The notes: generated by a model from the sequence alone, not told the origin. A stretch of 64,000 nucleotides of DNA from Bugula neritina (GCA_964035545.1 OZ037765.1:9310698-9374697); one strand, 5' to 3'. Numbered from the stretch's first letter, positions 25,101-39,320 are shown. Numbers and translations: made by a program.

Positions 25101-28100
25101 AAAAAGCCATTCAAAATAATATCATATGACAATATTATATTATATTATATACAGCAAAATTTTAGTACTGGTTAAACTGCTTTTGCTCTTGCGCGTAAAA
25201 TGTAAGACTTTTAACTGATTCATAATGGGTAATATATTGTTAGTGATACTACATAATGATAGTAATAATAATACGTACATACATACATAATAAAAATGAA
25301 CCTAAAATAACAATAATGCATTAACTGACTTTACCTGAGACTTCACTCTTAGAACAATCTTAGCTAGTAATTCACAAATCAATTTTTACTCATAATACAC
25401 AGCAGATAATGCATTAAAAATATTCTAGATAAAACTATATAGTATAGAAAACCTTTCCAACTGTCTGTTCTTCTCATCCAATGACTCTTGTAACTGGGAG
25501 ATTGTTTCACTTTGAGAAGAAGATTTCGATAAACTAGTCAATCTAGACTCAAGAGAAGAAATCTCATCATCTTTTTCTCTCAGCTGCTCTGTACTATTGT
25601 CCAGCTAACAATAACACCATGACTAGTTTTTTTTTCTTGACAGTAAAATTGCAAAAAAAGTATGTCAATAACATGAAATGAGAATATATGAATAGGATAG
25701 CCAAGCAGTGATGCATACCTTCTTCTGTAAAAGTGAGAGTTTACGATTCGCCACTTCAGACTCGTATCGGATATCCGCAACATCTCCTTCCAACTGAATT
25801 TTATCAGTTTTCAGAGACTCAAGTTGCGAGTTCTTTTTCTCCAACTCAGAATCCTTTTCTTTACTGAGAGCCTCTAACCTTGCCACCTGTGCATGCATGT
25901 ATATGCATATTTATTCATGTTTATATATGTTCATACATGTTTCTACATGTTTTTACATGTTCAAAAATGTTCACACATGTTTATAGTTTATACATGTTTA
26001 CATATGTTTATGAGTTATTTTACTTAATTTAGTACACATTGGAAATCTCCAGTTTTTAGCTATTTTTCACAATTAAGTGCTAATGAACATGATTTTTGCC
26101 CAAAACAAGTTAAATATCAATAAACACACCTAAATAATCAAGTTTTTTCTTGATTTTGATTGATTTCTCATGTTCTGCTTTTGTTTGCGGACCGTTACGA
26201 AAAAACCAACGGTATGCAACCCAAATTAGCTAAATAAATAAGAAAAAATATGGAAAATCAAGCAAAATTAAAAAGAACCTTGATTATTGATATTTAAGTA
26301 GTTTTGGGCAAAAACCATATTTATCAGCAGCTAAATTGTGAGAAATAGCTAAAAACTGGAGATCTCAGTGTGTACTAAAATGACCCTCATACATGTTCAT
26401 ACATGTTTACACCAAGCCAAAAACCTCAATTAAGGCAAGTAGCTCAGCAAAAGATCTTGAGGATGTGTGTATTTAGAACACATGCATAAATTTATTGAAT
26501 ACCCAATGATGAGACATTTGAAAGAGCAATTAAGTGTTCAGGTTGTGATTTTGAATGGTACAAAATTAAGATATTTAGGGTGATTAAACAAGTCAAAATA
26601 GAATGTCCACCACTAATTGTAGCCACCACCAGACAAATAAAGAAGATCCTTAACCCACTAGCTATAAATAAAATGAGCAGTGTGTAAATAACATGTATAG
26701 CTGGCATACTTACAGCCTGCAGTGAAATAGTAAAAGTATACAATATTAATTTCATAAAATAGCAACATAAGTTGGCAGACTTTAAGATAGCTTATAATCT
26801 AAATCTAACAAGTTGCGTGATTGAAATAAATATTCAACATGTAGAATAAAAGCGTGCAATAAAAATAAAGTCTGCAGGATATTGATAACAGTAACTAAAT
26901 TTCGAATAAGTAAACACATCTCATAAAATATTCTAGTAACAATTTTTTTTCTCTACACAATGCCAGTACCCCTGAAGACATGTTACATTAAGAGTTAAGG
27001 AACAACTTGCCTCATTCTTTATAAGATCAATGTTGGAATCTTTAGTGATTAGCTGCTGTTTTATAATTTCTACGTGCTGCTCCATATCACTCCGCTGACT
27101 TTGAATTGAATCCAGACGAGTTTGCAATGAACAAATTTCGGTAGTTTTACTAGAACATTCCACTCGTAAATTCTCCAACTGTAATGAAATTATTCACACC
27201 ATATTCTATGTGTGTAACTTACCAGTGTCTCTGCAATCTACCACTATTTTATGGCCTGTAACTATCCTTATTTAACATAATAGCAAGAAAAGCTCTGCGA
27301 ATATTCAAAAATACACCAAAAACTTTTAGTATTTAACTAAGCTTCACCGGAAATATCAAAACTCACTCTACTAAAAACCATATATATTTCAAAATGTTTC
27401 GAAACCAAAACCACTTTAATCTATCATACAATAATTATGACTCCGCTCAACGGAAAATAATTGAACTACACAAAGCATATATCAGAATAGCTAGGCACAA
27501 TATTTTAAAAAGTATGTTTCCAAAGCACTTTAAATTAATTCCTTGTGAAAAATACCTAAATTATATCTTTAATCGGAACCATTTTTGATTTCCATTTGAG
27601 TAACAGTGAGGTCCAATAAAATTATATTACTTCAACTCACCATTACATAAAAGCACTATTCTGATTATCGCATTAATTTAATTTTTACTCAACAAGGCAC
27701 TTTGTATCTTTTTACATTCTTTCTATTTTGAAAAGTTGATTAACCAGTCAAGATAATGGGTTTTCAAAGTTTATCACAGACAGAATTAGGTTCATTATAC
27801 TACAGCTACGGTAACGAGGACTACCATAAACACCGAAATGAAACAATTTGTAAATTTAGAGAAAGCAACTCCCAGCTGCTCAAAAGAATCATAAAATTAC
27901 ACTAAAATTGTATTTGGTTTATAAACCTAAACACACTTGAGTGTTTATTCGCAGTGAATTCACTACTATACGAAAACCGTGATATAATTTGAAAACTGTC
28001 TGAGGGGCATAAAACTATTTATATAATTCTTAGAGTTACTTCCCCTGAAGTAAAAATCGAAACCATTTTAAATTGGTATACAATCAAGATAAATAACTAC

Positions 28101-31100
28101 TACAGTGATTAATTATGTATCAGATCATGCCAAAAGTAACTGCAACTTATATGTTGACATATTACGTAGAAACTATATTTTTAGTTTTTTATACTTAGGC
28201 TGAATTTAAAGTAAAATCACAAAACATGATGTGCATCCAAATTTTGAAAGAATTATAAAATACACAAACCTTAGATTTGAGGACCTGCTCATGACTGTGT
28301 AAGGCTTCAATATGTCTCTTCTCTTCACTGACTTTCTCACTGCTGCTGCTCCTTATTTCATTTACTTGATTCTCTAAATCCTTCAGTTCTTTCTCCAGCT
28401 CTGAGATTCGAGTATTCTACAAAACATCCAAACTGTACACCGGCCATGTCTGCTATTAGAGTCAATGCTAATGCTTACCACTAGCATTTGGATGAGTAGT
28501 AAAAACTCATAATTTCTCAATATTTTAAAAGTTTAAATTAAACCTTTATAAAATTTGAAAACTAACAAGAAAAATATACTTTTTATTTACAGGTTTTTAA
28601 AATAGAGCAGAAAACGCTATGCGTGTCCTTATCTCCTGATACAATGAAGAAAAAATATACATCTTTGGATATTGATGAAACATAAATTTTATCATCCAAT
28701 ACTTCTCACTATATAAACTGAAAAAAACTAATGATGTATACTATTTGCTAAAATATGCCTACACTAAAACATTCTTAAGATTTATAAAAAAAAAAACCAA
28801 CGAAAGAAAGCAAATCCCAGAAGTTGCATTTCATCTGTAGAGCCTGGCATAACATAAAAAGACTACTTAATTTGATTAATGAAGTAGAGATCTTGCTTAC
28901 CTTGATGTCAAGTAATGCTTGAACATCATCCAAGTTTTTACTTTGTCTATTTGCATGGTTGATATTAGATTTAGCATCATTCAGTTCCATCTTCAAATTA
29001 TCCAAATCCTAAAATTGATTTGTAAATACAATGTAGGTATATTAGCATAATATTGTGTCTACTTTAGTTATACCTGCACTACTTTAAAATAATATAAACT
29101 CACACAAGTTTATAGTCGCCATCTCTGTGAGCAACCCCTAATGAAAAGTTTTTTTGTTAAATCAGGTCAAGAACTTATTCAGATGTGGCACAGGAGCAAT
29201 TATGACTGAATGCTCTTCCTAACATCACTAATGGCCTTTGTTGGGACTCAAACCCATGAATTAGTGTTTGCTAGGCAAACGCTTTAACCCCTAGAATGCT
29301 TTAAAATCATATGCTTGAGAGGAAAACAAATGAAAAAGGATTTCCCATTCATCTCTACTTTACAGAGTACTTTTGAAAGGTGTTCTTGAAATTTGATTTT
29401 TCGAGTGACAGTAAAAGCTACATGCCAAAAGACAGTGCCAACATCGTTTAAACAGGCAATAAAAATTTTGAAAAACGAACCAATTCTTTTTTTTCAATAA
29501 ACACTCAGAGTAGAACAAACAAATAACCTCTCAAGTAAAACCCCGAAATCTAAACTGGTCTCACAGTAGTCTCTTTACAAACAAACTCTGTGCTTCCTTG
29601 CCGTTTAGTCCTTCAGTTGATTGTATGAAAACATGTAAATTCTGTGTGGTTTCTTACCCACCAAAGATGTTGAACTTCAACTACATGAGTTTTCAAAACC
29701 AATAATTACAACTTGGCGGGACGTACCTCTTGAAGTTTATCAGTTTGTGTAGCAGACTGTTTGGCCTCAGTCTTTACAGACTGCAGTTCTTCTTGGAGAG
29801 CTGCAATCTCATTGCGTAGAACATCTTTTTCTGCCTCACTATTTAATATAGTTTCAATAGGAATATTCTTGGTCTGAAACCATAACACAGGGTGAATTAT
29901 GAGTCTATTATAATAAGTTTCAATCACATCATACATAAAACAAAATATGATACTTTTCACAAAAATCTCTATTAAATAAAGAAAAAATATTGAAATAATA
30001 AAAGAATAAAATACATATGGAATGACACAATGTTTTAGAATTGATACAATAGGATAACAGGTATGAGCAGTAACAGTTGTGAATAGGTACTTTACTTGAC
30101 AAGAATAAATCCGGCAAATATGTTTATAGCAATCATGTATTACTACAAATATGCCTATTTCAAAACATATTTAATGCATACGACATTGGTTTTCAATAAG
30201 ACTGTCAAAAATGCAGTGTACAATTACAAGAGATAGGTCAATTATGACTACCAGTAGCTTATATTAAAGACGATACCTGCAGCATTTCTACTAATTTCTT
30301 AATACTAGCATCTCGGGCAGCTAAAGTTTTCTTCTGTAAATCTATCCGTCTTTCCATTTCTGTGACAGTGTTTTGAAGTATTTGCAATTCCTTCAACACA
30401 ACATATACCAAACTTACTCATCAACATGTTAAGTCCTCTATGAATAATAATCTGTATATTGCAGCAGATAAGAATAGCATGCAATAAAATACACATTATC
30501 CATATAACACTTTGAGCTAATGACACATCGAGAACCAATTTTCTAGAGCACACAACTCTAACATTATGTTTGAGTGGCTGCAAGTATATTTTTTTATATT
30601 TAACAATGCTTACATGTAAACAAGGTATATCTGTTCGCGCCTCCTTTCATTAAGTAAAATTATTTTATAATTCAGTTTCAGGTATCAAGTAATTGTTTTA
30701 CAAACATCATAGAAAATCGATGTGTGCAGAAGAGCAAGTGTGAATGAGAAATTAATTTATAGTACACTTGATGCTACACCTATTTGCTCACACCATATGA
30801 TGCATTCTTTAAGAATGACTCACAACTTTTCCACTTGGCAAAAATAATGGTATTTAATTTTCTAATAACAACAATATGGTTAGTGCACACATGACCAGCA
30901 TAGGTAATGAATGGGTTTATATTAACATCTGTTGATTAGTTTCATAATGCACACAGTGTACTATGTTAAGGTGAGAGAAAAAGGCAGATAGATATACACA
31001 TGATGAGGGCACCTTCTCCTGCCTGTCATCCTCTTTGGCAGTTAGTGATGTGACAGACACAGGTGATTGTGTTGACTCCCTGATACCCTGCAAAGTGAGT

Positions 31101-34100
31101 CTCTCCTCTGCATTCTGCAGCCTCGCCAGAGCTACCTGCATAACCATACATAAATTACAACTGTTCCACACGGTACATCTGCAGCTTAGCTCGTAGTAAA
31201 TTGTTAACTTTATACAATAAAGAGTAAATCCTTGCAATAATAATATGCCTATTAATACGTTAAAATTAAGTAGAAAATCAATGACTTTGTTATGGTTCAG
31301 TGTTAAACTAATGAGATAGAAGAGAATGCATGCAAGGAATGGAATCTGTTTCGCTAATTAACTAATATCAATCAGCAGGTATAATGCTGCCTGTGTTTAC
31401 AGAGCAGCTGCCACTGTTGCTGACAGCATGATCAGATATATTTTTGGAATGTTTTGAAATCGAGTACTGCAGTAACCTGAAGCGTGACCTATTAGATACT
31501 GTTGACCTCTAACCTTTAAACCACAGCGAAAGTTTATCATCAGCATTTAAGAATTTAGTAGTAGCACAGCTGTTAACCCCAACCAAATGGTGTAGTTTTG
31601 TGTAGCTTACATAGACTTGATAAAATTAAACTGGAAAATTTTCTTCTAGCTTTCATGCAAAATTAAAGCAGTCATACATTTTTAGCAGTCATAAAAATAA
31701 TCCCGTCATACATTTAGCAAGGAGTCTTAGTTGACCAAAACTATAGCATATAGATGGTCAAAAAATCAGCGCTACTCTGGTACAGCGCATTGGTGTGATA
31801 ATTTTATTGTATATCTATGATGATGGTGAAGGAATAGTGGGTTGATGTGACTTAATTAGATTAGACAGCAGTATTCCAATAACTAGTCAATATGCTGTCA
31901 ACTCCCCCTTTCTGTTTACACAGGGAAAGATTTATATCTTTAAACTCATCTTTATTCATATAAAATACTTCCACAGCAAGTACACACAGAATGTAAAAGA
32001 GACTTGGCTATTCTCTATATATGGGAGAAATGGTAACGGATTTTGGCATGAAACTCCAAAGCACAGGTTGCTTTACGCTGCCATCTTTTGCACATAACAT
32101 TACTGTTTTGACATGGTTACGACAGCCAATGTACACAATTGTTCACCCCTTAAACTCACCTGTTTCTCATGCTCGGCTGCTGTCAGAAGTGTCTGCGTCT
32201 TCTGATATTTCTGTGTTTCTTCCTTTCGTAACGCCCGCTCCTTCTTCAACTCTGGTGACCAGAAGGTCTTCACACTGGCTATGTATGAATTAAGTTGGCT
32301 CTTATTTTGTTCAAGCTCACGCTGTGCAATAGTATAGTCCTTGTTCAGATCTACTAGCTGGGTTTGCAGGCTAAGAATAAGCATACTACTCTGACTCTGT
32401 TGATACCTACAAACCAGCAACACGAACCTTTATAGGACATCAATTTTACAAAATGAAAAATTTCATGATATTTTGCTTGCAGTTCTCTCTTATATCGTAT
32501 TGAAAGATGAAAAATTGGGCTCAAAAGTATGACTAATGGTGGCTGAATAAGTGAAGCCTTTTACGAGTCCCAAGGGAATTGATACTTTGAAGAACACAAT
32601 TAAATGATAAGATCTTTGTTGAGATTTGTTGTATAGACGGTCAGTGAGCCCAGAGCATAGCGTATGCATGTCTCACTCACAGCTGGTAGTGCATGAATAG
32701 TTAGTAGAAAGCAATACCAGACAGTAGTTACATGGAGATGAGATCTTAAGAATAATATGTGCACAACAATGATGGCCAAAGAAAATATAACCAGCTTTGG
32801 TAACCTAAGAGTATATAACCAGTTTTGGTATAGAAACATTAGCAATAACCAAGGATTCCATATGATCAGCAGACAGTAGGGGAGGTTACCTGAGGTCAGC
32901 CGCTGAGTCAGCATCTGCCGGGTCATAGTTATCAGCTAAGGATCTCATGCTAAGTGAAACAAGAGGATAATCTCTATCTAAAGATCGATTTCTCTGAAGA
33001 CTAGAAGACCGAGAGCTATAGTCCCCCTCTGCGCCCCTTTCCACAGACCTGTCCCTCTGGTCTCTGTACCCATATCTGCTCATAGCTGCCGTCCTGTCTA
33101 ACGAGCTGAATTTATCTCGAGACTTGTGTTCGTTAGATTGCCGTATATCGAGAGAACCGTAGCGGTCTGCGTACGCTCTGTCTCGTCTGTGAGGTCGTGA
33201 GGTGTATGGAGATGTAGTAGGGGAGGTTAGGGGTATTGGACTGATCCGCCCCTCTGTATACTGCTGATCCATCTAAAGATCACCAACACTATGCCAGTTA
33301 GTCTAAATTATGGAGTAACTAACCAACTTGTGATCGCCACATGTAAAATAAAAACATAGAGCCAAAGATGTATTATGTATACTTTATAACATAAATTGAA
33401 AGTAGAAGGAAAAGTGAGTGTGACAGAAGCTATATTAGCTGAAAGCTGTGAGGGTGAACAGTTGGTATTAGCAGAGTAGCCTCAGCAGCCTGTTGGTCAT
33501 ACTAACTCATTATCCAAAACTATACAACCCAAACAAAATTGCAGTGCAATGAGATCTCCACATTACAATTGTGCTCAGTGTTCCATACCAAAACTGTAAC
33601 AAGAAACTTGCTAGTTCACGGTTATAATTTAATATAATCACCACATAATAAATATATATATTTAAAACTGCACAGTGCTTCAACAGAATATCTCCAAAAA
33701 CTGTTGCAGGCAAAACTATGAAGTTAGTAGGAGTGTAAAATGAGATTATTGTGAGCCATGCTTTAGTTTTAAAAATTCACCATCAAATATCAACTGCCTG
33801 TATACTCACTTTTGAAAAGAATGAATACAGTTGCTAAAACAAAGCCATTATCTTATACCATGTTGTGTATATTACCTCACTAAATGTTGTATACCTTAAG
33901 TTGCATTCATCAACCTACTTTCATTATGCTGTAGGCCTAGTAATAGCCTTAAACAATCATTCACTATGAATGTAGTCTATATATTATTAACTTCAGTATC
34001 AAACATGCATTAACTGTCATTGTCTTACAGTTGTAAATTAACTTATGCTAGTTAGTATACAATAGATTCCATTCCTTTTATAGTATGCACAGCTTGAATT

Positions 34101-35091
34101 ACAGCAAGATGTACAGTATATATACTTACCCAACTCAACTTACTCTATATAAATGTTTTAAGAAAACAAGCACTACTTTTGGCTTTCCTTCCTAACAGTT
34201 ACTCTATATGCAACCCATGTACCGCAAGTAGTAGCCTACGTGTACTAGTAGTTAGTCTAAACAAGTGTCAGATAAACAGTTCAGAGTCTAACATTATGTA
34301 ATTTGGTCATTATACCAAAAATCATAGAGCTGTACTGAGTTGAGAAATTAATATCTTGTTACTGTCAGAGAACACTATGTTACATCATGAATACACAACT
34401 AATCACTTTTACTACGTGCTGTACTTGAGTTATAATTAGAATTGCAGTTTGAACTACAAGTGAACTCTTTGAAAATGACAGTCGATAATTAGTGTGCAAG
34501 AACACGGCCCCACCAGCCATGTAACTAGAAGCATGCTGCTCATTGCCTATGGGTGATCTAAGATTTCCTGTACATCAGATGAGTTGATAAGAAGGGCAGT
34601 CGAAGTGAAGATACTAGCTTCACTGCGTGCCCTATTACAACTATGAACACATGCAGCTGAGACTACAAGCTCGGGATCAACACAAACAAGTGCAATATTA
34701 CTGAAATCATCTTGAAACATTCTAATAAGTGAGAAAATCAATGGACTAGTAGATTCATTTAGTCTCAACACTGCATACATGAATATCAGACTACATTGAA
34801 AAAGGTGCCATTGTAATCATTGAAACGCTCATGGCTTTCCATTTCATTCATACTCTGGACAAGATAAAACTTAAACCTAAAAATCAATTTAACCAGACAG
34901 CTCTTTCAAAATATAAAATCAAGACTCTGTCATGTAGTTACCTGCAAACTGCCTGGGTTGTCCAGTTTACTCAAGGAATTGTATGTATTAGGTTGACGGG
35001 ATTTTCGAGGAAGTCGAGGAGATATGCTGTGTGGCATCATACTACCGCTTTTACCAGACTCTGATGACGTTCTGCCCCTTGATAAGGACAT
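22156..35091 (-). CDS. ERC: ELKS/Rab6-interacting/CAST family coiled-coil protein (ERC1/ERC2; Bruchpilot N-terminus homologue)
   Basis: Exons (minus strand): 34942-35091 (SPRLPR), 32890-33272, 32160-32406 (SVKTFWSPELKKERALRKEE), 31013-31135, 30277-30390 (EMERRIDLQKKTLAARDASIKKLVEMLQ), 29727-29873, 28901-29008, 28270-28416, 27011-27178, 25719-25886, 25453-25604, 24936-25059, 24494-24634, 24148-24344 (EIDRLLEILKEMENEKHNKDKQIRELQ), 23546-23660, 23174-23314, 22789-22928, 22352-22493 (QEAILSAISEKDSHIALLE), 22156-22233 (stop). The quoted motifs are hallmark ERC sequences. Confidence 0.95.
23893..24043. mobile_element. tRNA-derived fragments in inverted orientation (SINE-like hairpin)
   Basis: AATTTGCTGGCAGTAGGGGTCGAACCCT (23893-23920) pairs imperfectly with AGGGTTCAATTCCCACTACCAGCAAATT (24016-24043). 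Both carry a B-box-like GGTTC(G/A)A. Confidence 0.55.
26028..26379. mobile_element. MITE / foldback element with long imperfect terminal inverted repeats
   Basis: TTTAGTACACA..ATCTCCAGTTTTTAGCTATTT..CACAATT..TTTTTGCCCAAAAC..TTAAATATCAATAA mirrors TTATTGATATTTAA..GTTTTGGGCAAAAA..AATTGTG..AAATAGCTAAAAACTGGAGAT..TGTGTACTAAA. It is flanked on both sides by ACATGTT-type tandem repeats. Confidence 0.85.
29096..29297 (-). mobile_element. tRNA-derived SINE, diverged copy
   Basis: Reverse complement of the 40370-40582 element (GCACAGGAGCAATTATGACTG.ATGCTCTTCCTAACATCAC; CTAGGCAAACGCT.TAACCCCTAGA). Confidence 0.85.
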
Positions 35092-37329
35092 TCTAAATGC
35101 AAGGATAGTCCCTATAAAAATGATGTGAAAAAGTGCAGTCAAGTCAAAGATTTCTTCTTATAACTCATTTCATCTGAATTGAAGTTTTTTTGAATGCAAA
35201 CACAAGCTGAGTAAATGGTGGCTTAGACTTATGATACTTTGGAGACCACCCAAGATTCTCACCATCAGCATGGATAACTAATTAATGACAATAAATCAAT
35301 TATAGCTTGATATCAAATTACCTTAATTGCTATTCTCAACAATTAATTACCAAAACCACTAGGCCACACAGTAGGTGAGGTTTATACAGCACAATCAGTG
35401 TAGCTTATATTTGTATCTATTTCAGGCAGGGGAGACAAGATATTTTAAAGTTATAAAATGTTTAAACAATATACAATCAATATTGCAAACATACAAAACC
35501 CATTCAAAACATCTATTTGCTAATGACCAGTAAACAAGCAAGTTCACATTAGATTAAAAAGTGTTTTTGTATTTTATTTTCCCCAGACTATACCAGAAAA
35601 CATGATTAATCATCTACCAACAACATTCAAATATTGTTATTCTTTATAACTCACCTCTCTTAGCAAGTTAGCAGTAGGCTTTAATATACACTGATGAATG
35701 GTAACTGTTCATCTCTATAAGTTGCAATCAATTTTCACAAAACAACTCTCCAACATATTAACCCATTAGCCCAACACCTACAAATACAAATAACATGAAA
35801 GTTTGACAAGAAAATGTTAGCAAGTAACCTACTAATTACAAAGTTACAACGACAACTAAATAAGATAGTGACTCAGTCATTAAAACAAAGTACTGAGAGT
35901 AAAAATCTCCAAAAAGAATTGCCTAGTAATTTAGGTTGGTAGCTGATGTATTTTACTGAACCAGCAAGAATCTTTCAAACTAGCTAAAACTTCCATTTAT
36001 GAAACATTAAAAAGAAATCCAAATAAAAATTTGTATCACAAATTTTCAAGTATACTTGAAGACAGGACAAATATAGCAACACTATGCCAGCCAAAATATT
36101 ACTCTCTAAAAACAGCATGCTTTATAATCTTGATAATGTATTTGAAGTCCTTTTAGCACATTTAAAATGTGTCATTTTATATGCTAGCATTTATACTGTT
36201 AGAATACCCTTCAATCTATGGGATGATTAGTTAGTAACTCAACATCTTCAATTAATAAATTAACTAGTTCACTGTTCTTTATAACACTTCATGATTTTTA
36301 AAAAAATACAAATTTTAATCTACAGTTGGTAGCATAACTACTTTATTGGTAGAGTAAACCAGCAAAAAATAGTGAACATTCAAAGTCCAATTTATTTTTC
36401 TAAATATTTAAAACACATTGAATTAGGATAACCGTAAAACTCTAACTCAATCAAGTATGAGTAAATATTAACTTTGAATTTGAAAAAAATTCATTACAGT
36501 TTTACTACATAACTTTTTCTACTACATCAAGCATTATTATGAGTATGAGAATAAGTTCTGTATTCTTGCAGTATTTAATGTTATAATTTGATAACATAGT
36601 ATAAGATATACTATATTATCAAATATTATAGTTAGCTTATGCTACTGTTGCATATATAAAATTTACACTTATATATAGTATGTAGGAATATTCATTAATG
36701 TTTTAACATATTAATATAATGTTAATATTAAATATATATTTGTAATTCCAATAGTTTTTTAACCCTTTTAATGCTTGACGTTTTGAATGTCTAGCCCAAA
36801 CAGATTGCTCAATAAAAACAATACCCATGAGGCTAGTAATAACTTTAAACTAATACAAAGAAACAACACAACGCCAATTATAAATCTCTATTTAAAACTA
36901 TCATCCTAGAATTTATCTTATAACTCATACCAGTATATATAACAAATCACAACAAGCACAACCATACAACATTAAGTAACTAACCAACTTTCACCATACA
37001 TCATTCACCTAGCTTATTTAACAGGTCTCTTGCAGTAACATTTACTTATGTCTATTTATGAGTAAAATTGTAGTCTAACAATTAGTGACAGTAACAACTT
37101 AATATCTAGTAGAAAAGCAGGTTCTTTTATAAATTAATGATATTGATAGTAGATGTGTATAGTGACTGATTTAATTTGCTATAAACTTATTTGAAAGTGA
37201 GATTAAGTCGTGCGCCAGACGTTTATCACTCAACTATATTAAAGAAATATAAGCCAACTAAAAAATTATATAATTACATATGCACTTAAAGCAAATAGCT
37301 ATGTCCCAGTCACCAAGTTCAACAGTAAC

Positions 37330-38375
37330 ACTATAACTATGGTGATTTCAATTATGATTACTCTAATGATTACGATAGTAACTATGAATACAGTATCACA
37401 CTTGAAGCCATGATGATGATCATATTTTTAATAGTGATAGAGTATGATAATCATAATGGTTACCAATGTTATTTAGTATAATTATAATTAATAATTGATA
37501 GCAACAACAAAACTCGAGAGTACAATTATTAGCATAACCATAGATACTGGGTTGATGAGCATTAAGTTTATTAGGAGCAAGAGTATTGCAATAATTATCA
37601 GCATCATGTTCATATCAATACTCATGTTAGTACAACTACAGGGTAAACTAGCTCTTAGTCTAGGATTAGCCATTGAGAGTTTGGAGGTGACTCTAACACC
37701 AATTGACTTTTGGCTACTATCAGTATAAAGTAGGATCACAATGAACATTAATATCAGTATCAGTATGACTTCATGAGTATCAGTATGATGGTGACTATTA
37801 CTATGATAATCATGATGATAGGCAGTAGTCACTATGATACTGACTATCACCATTAATATTACTATCACTATGAGCATGAGTATCACTATCAGTATCACTG
37901 TCACTAGGAGTGTGAGTATTAGTATGATAATCACGTGTATGAGATTGAGTATCAGACTCAGTATGATTCACATTAAGTTTCATTATCACTATCAGTATGA
38001 CTATGAGTATGTATGAGTATCACTATCACTATGACGCCCCATGACTATGAGAGTCAGAGTATGACATTTATTTTAAGTTTATCAGTATCAGTATCACTAT
38101 GACTAAGATTCAAACATAGATATACAGTGTAATTGTACAGCAGCATCAACAGTGTTAAACTTAAAGTCGACGTTATATTTTAATTTATAGTCGGTCATAC
38201 TGATAAACAATCTCATACTGATAGTGATACTCATACTGATGGTGATACTAATACTCATAAGTCATAGTATTAGTAATACTAATAATAATATTAATAATTA
38301 TAATATTAATACTAACTTACTTTAACTTTAACTTTAAGTTTAAGTAATAAGTTTAACTGTAACTGTAACTGTAAG
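37330..38375. repeat. 6-nt-periodic low-complexity array upstream of the ERC coding exons
   Basis: cactat/gactat/cagtat/gagtat units at about 37750-38105, then the reverse-complement phase (gatact/catact/gatagt) at about 38190-38290. Confidence 0.8.
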
Positions 38376-38569
38376 TGTAGGTGTATATCTGTGTTTATAT
38401 CCTGAAACTTTTTTATATTTATAGTATAAATCACAAAAACTGCTACGTCTACTAGTAATAATATCTATCATTCTACACTAAAACTTCAACAGGTATATCA
38501 ATATTATCAGTGTATATCACTATATGCGTATCCGTTTCGACTGAGACTGCCGCCTAGCAAGCTATCTAG

Positions 38570-38611
38570 AAACCTAATTATTTTCGCTATAAACCTAATT
38601 ATTTTCACTAT
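38570..38611. repeat. 21-bp tandem duplication in the ERC/cyclin J intergenic region
   Basis: AAACCTAATTATTTTC(G/A)CTAT x2. Confidence 0.8.
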
Positions 38612-38954
38612 ATGGATAAATAGCCAAACGTGAATCGTTCAAGTATACATTGTGCCTAAAAAAGATCATCGTCATTTCTTATTAAAAAGTGTAATTTTTA
38701 AAGACTACAATTCAGTTGTGTTTTTAAAAGCCAGTTGTTTCCTGTGACATAATAATGTTATAATCACATGTTCGATCGTGTTTGTCTCCTACTCTGTAAC
38801 CATACAATCACCCTGTGAGTGTTTTTACAAAGTGCTAGAGAAGCTTTGAGCAATGATTACCCCTAGTCCAGGTTATAGAAGACAGCTGCCTTTCATTCTC
38901 ATGCTGCACCTTGACCTGAGTACCTTAGGCTTATAATTAACTTAAGATCACGTA

Positions 38955-39320
38955 GTCGTATCAGTGTCACTATTAGTATTACTATTAGTATTACATTTTG
39001 ATTTACTATTACTCAACTATTACTATTACTGAGTATTAGTATTACTATTACTATTAGTATTAGTATTACTTATACTATTATTATTACTATTAGTATTACT
39101 ATTACTATTAGTATTAGTATTACTATGACTAAAGTAATACTAATATTAGTAATAATAGTAGTTATAGTTATTATAGTTATAGTTATACTTATAGTTATAG
39201 TTAGGTTTCAGCTTAACTTATAAATGATGTTATACTAAGACTAATACTAATAGTAATACTAATAGTACTACTGATAGTGATACTCATACTGATAGTGATA
39301 GTATGAGTATCAGTTTTATT
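38955..39320. repeat. 3/6-nt-periodic array (TACTAT/TAGTAT, then GATAGT/CATACT) on the cyclin J side
   Basis: ...ctattagtattactattagtattac... followed by ...ctgatagtgatactcatactgatagtgatagtatgagtatcag. Confidence 0.75.

Noticed and set aside
25335-25347. Possible ERC microexon ending at a gtaaag donor
   Set aside because: The nearby AG acceptors give lengths that are not multiples of 3, and the pyrimidine tract is weak.
27221-27228. Possible 8-nt ERC microexon (cag|AGACACTG|gtaagt on the minus strand)
   Set aside because: It would shift the frame and leave only about 40 nt to the next acceptor.
34547-34780. 77-aa ORF in ERC intron 1
   Set aside because: The flanking exons already join in frame; no ERC-like or other recognisable sequence.
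37488-38016. Ile/Leu/Val/Met-rich ORFs resembling membrane proteins (also 19119-19442 and 63271-63480)
   Set aside because: By-products of the 6-nt-periodic arrays; no recognisable domain or splice structure.
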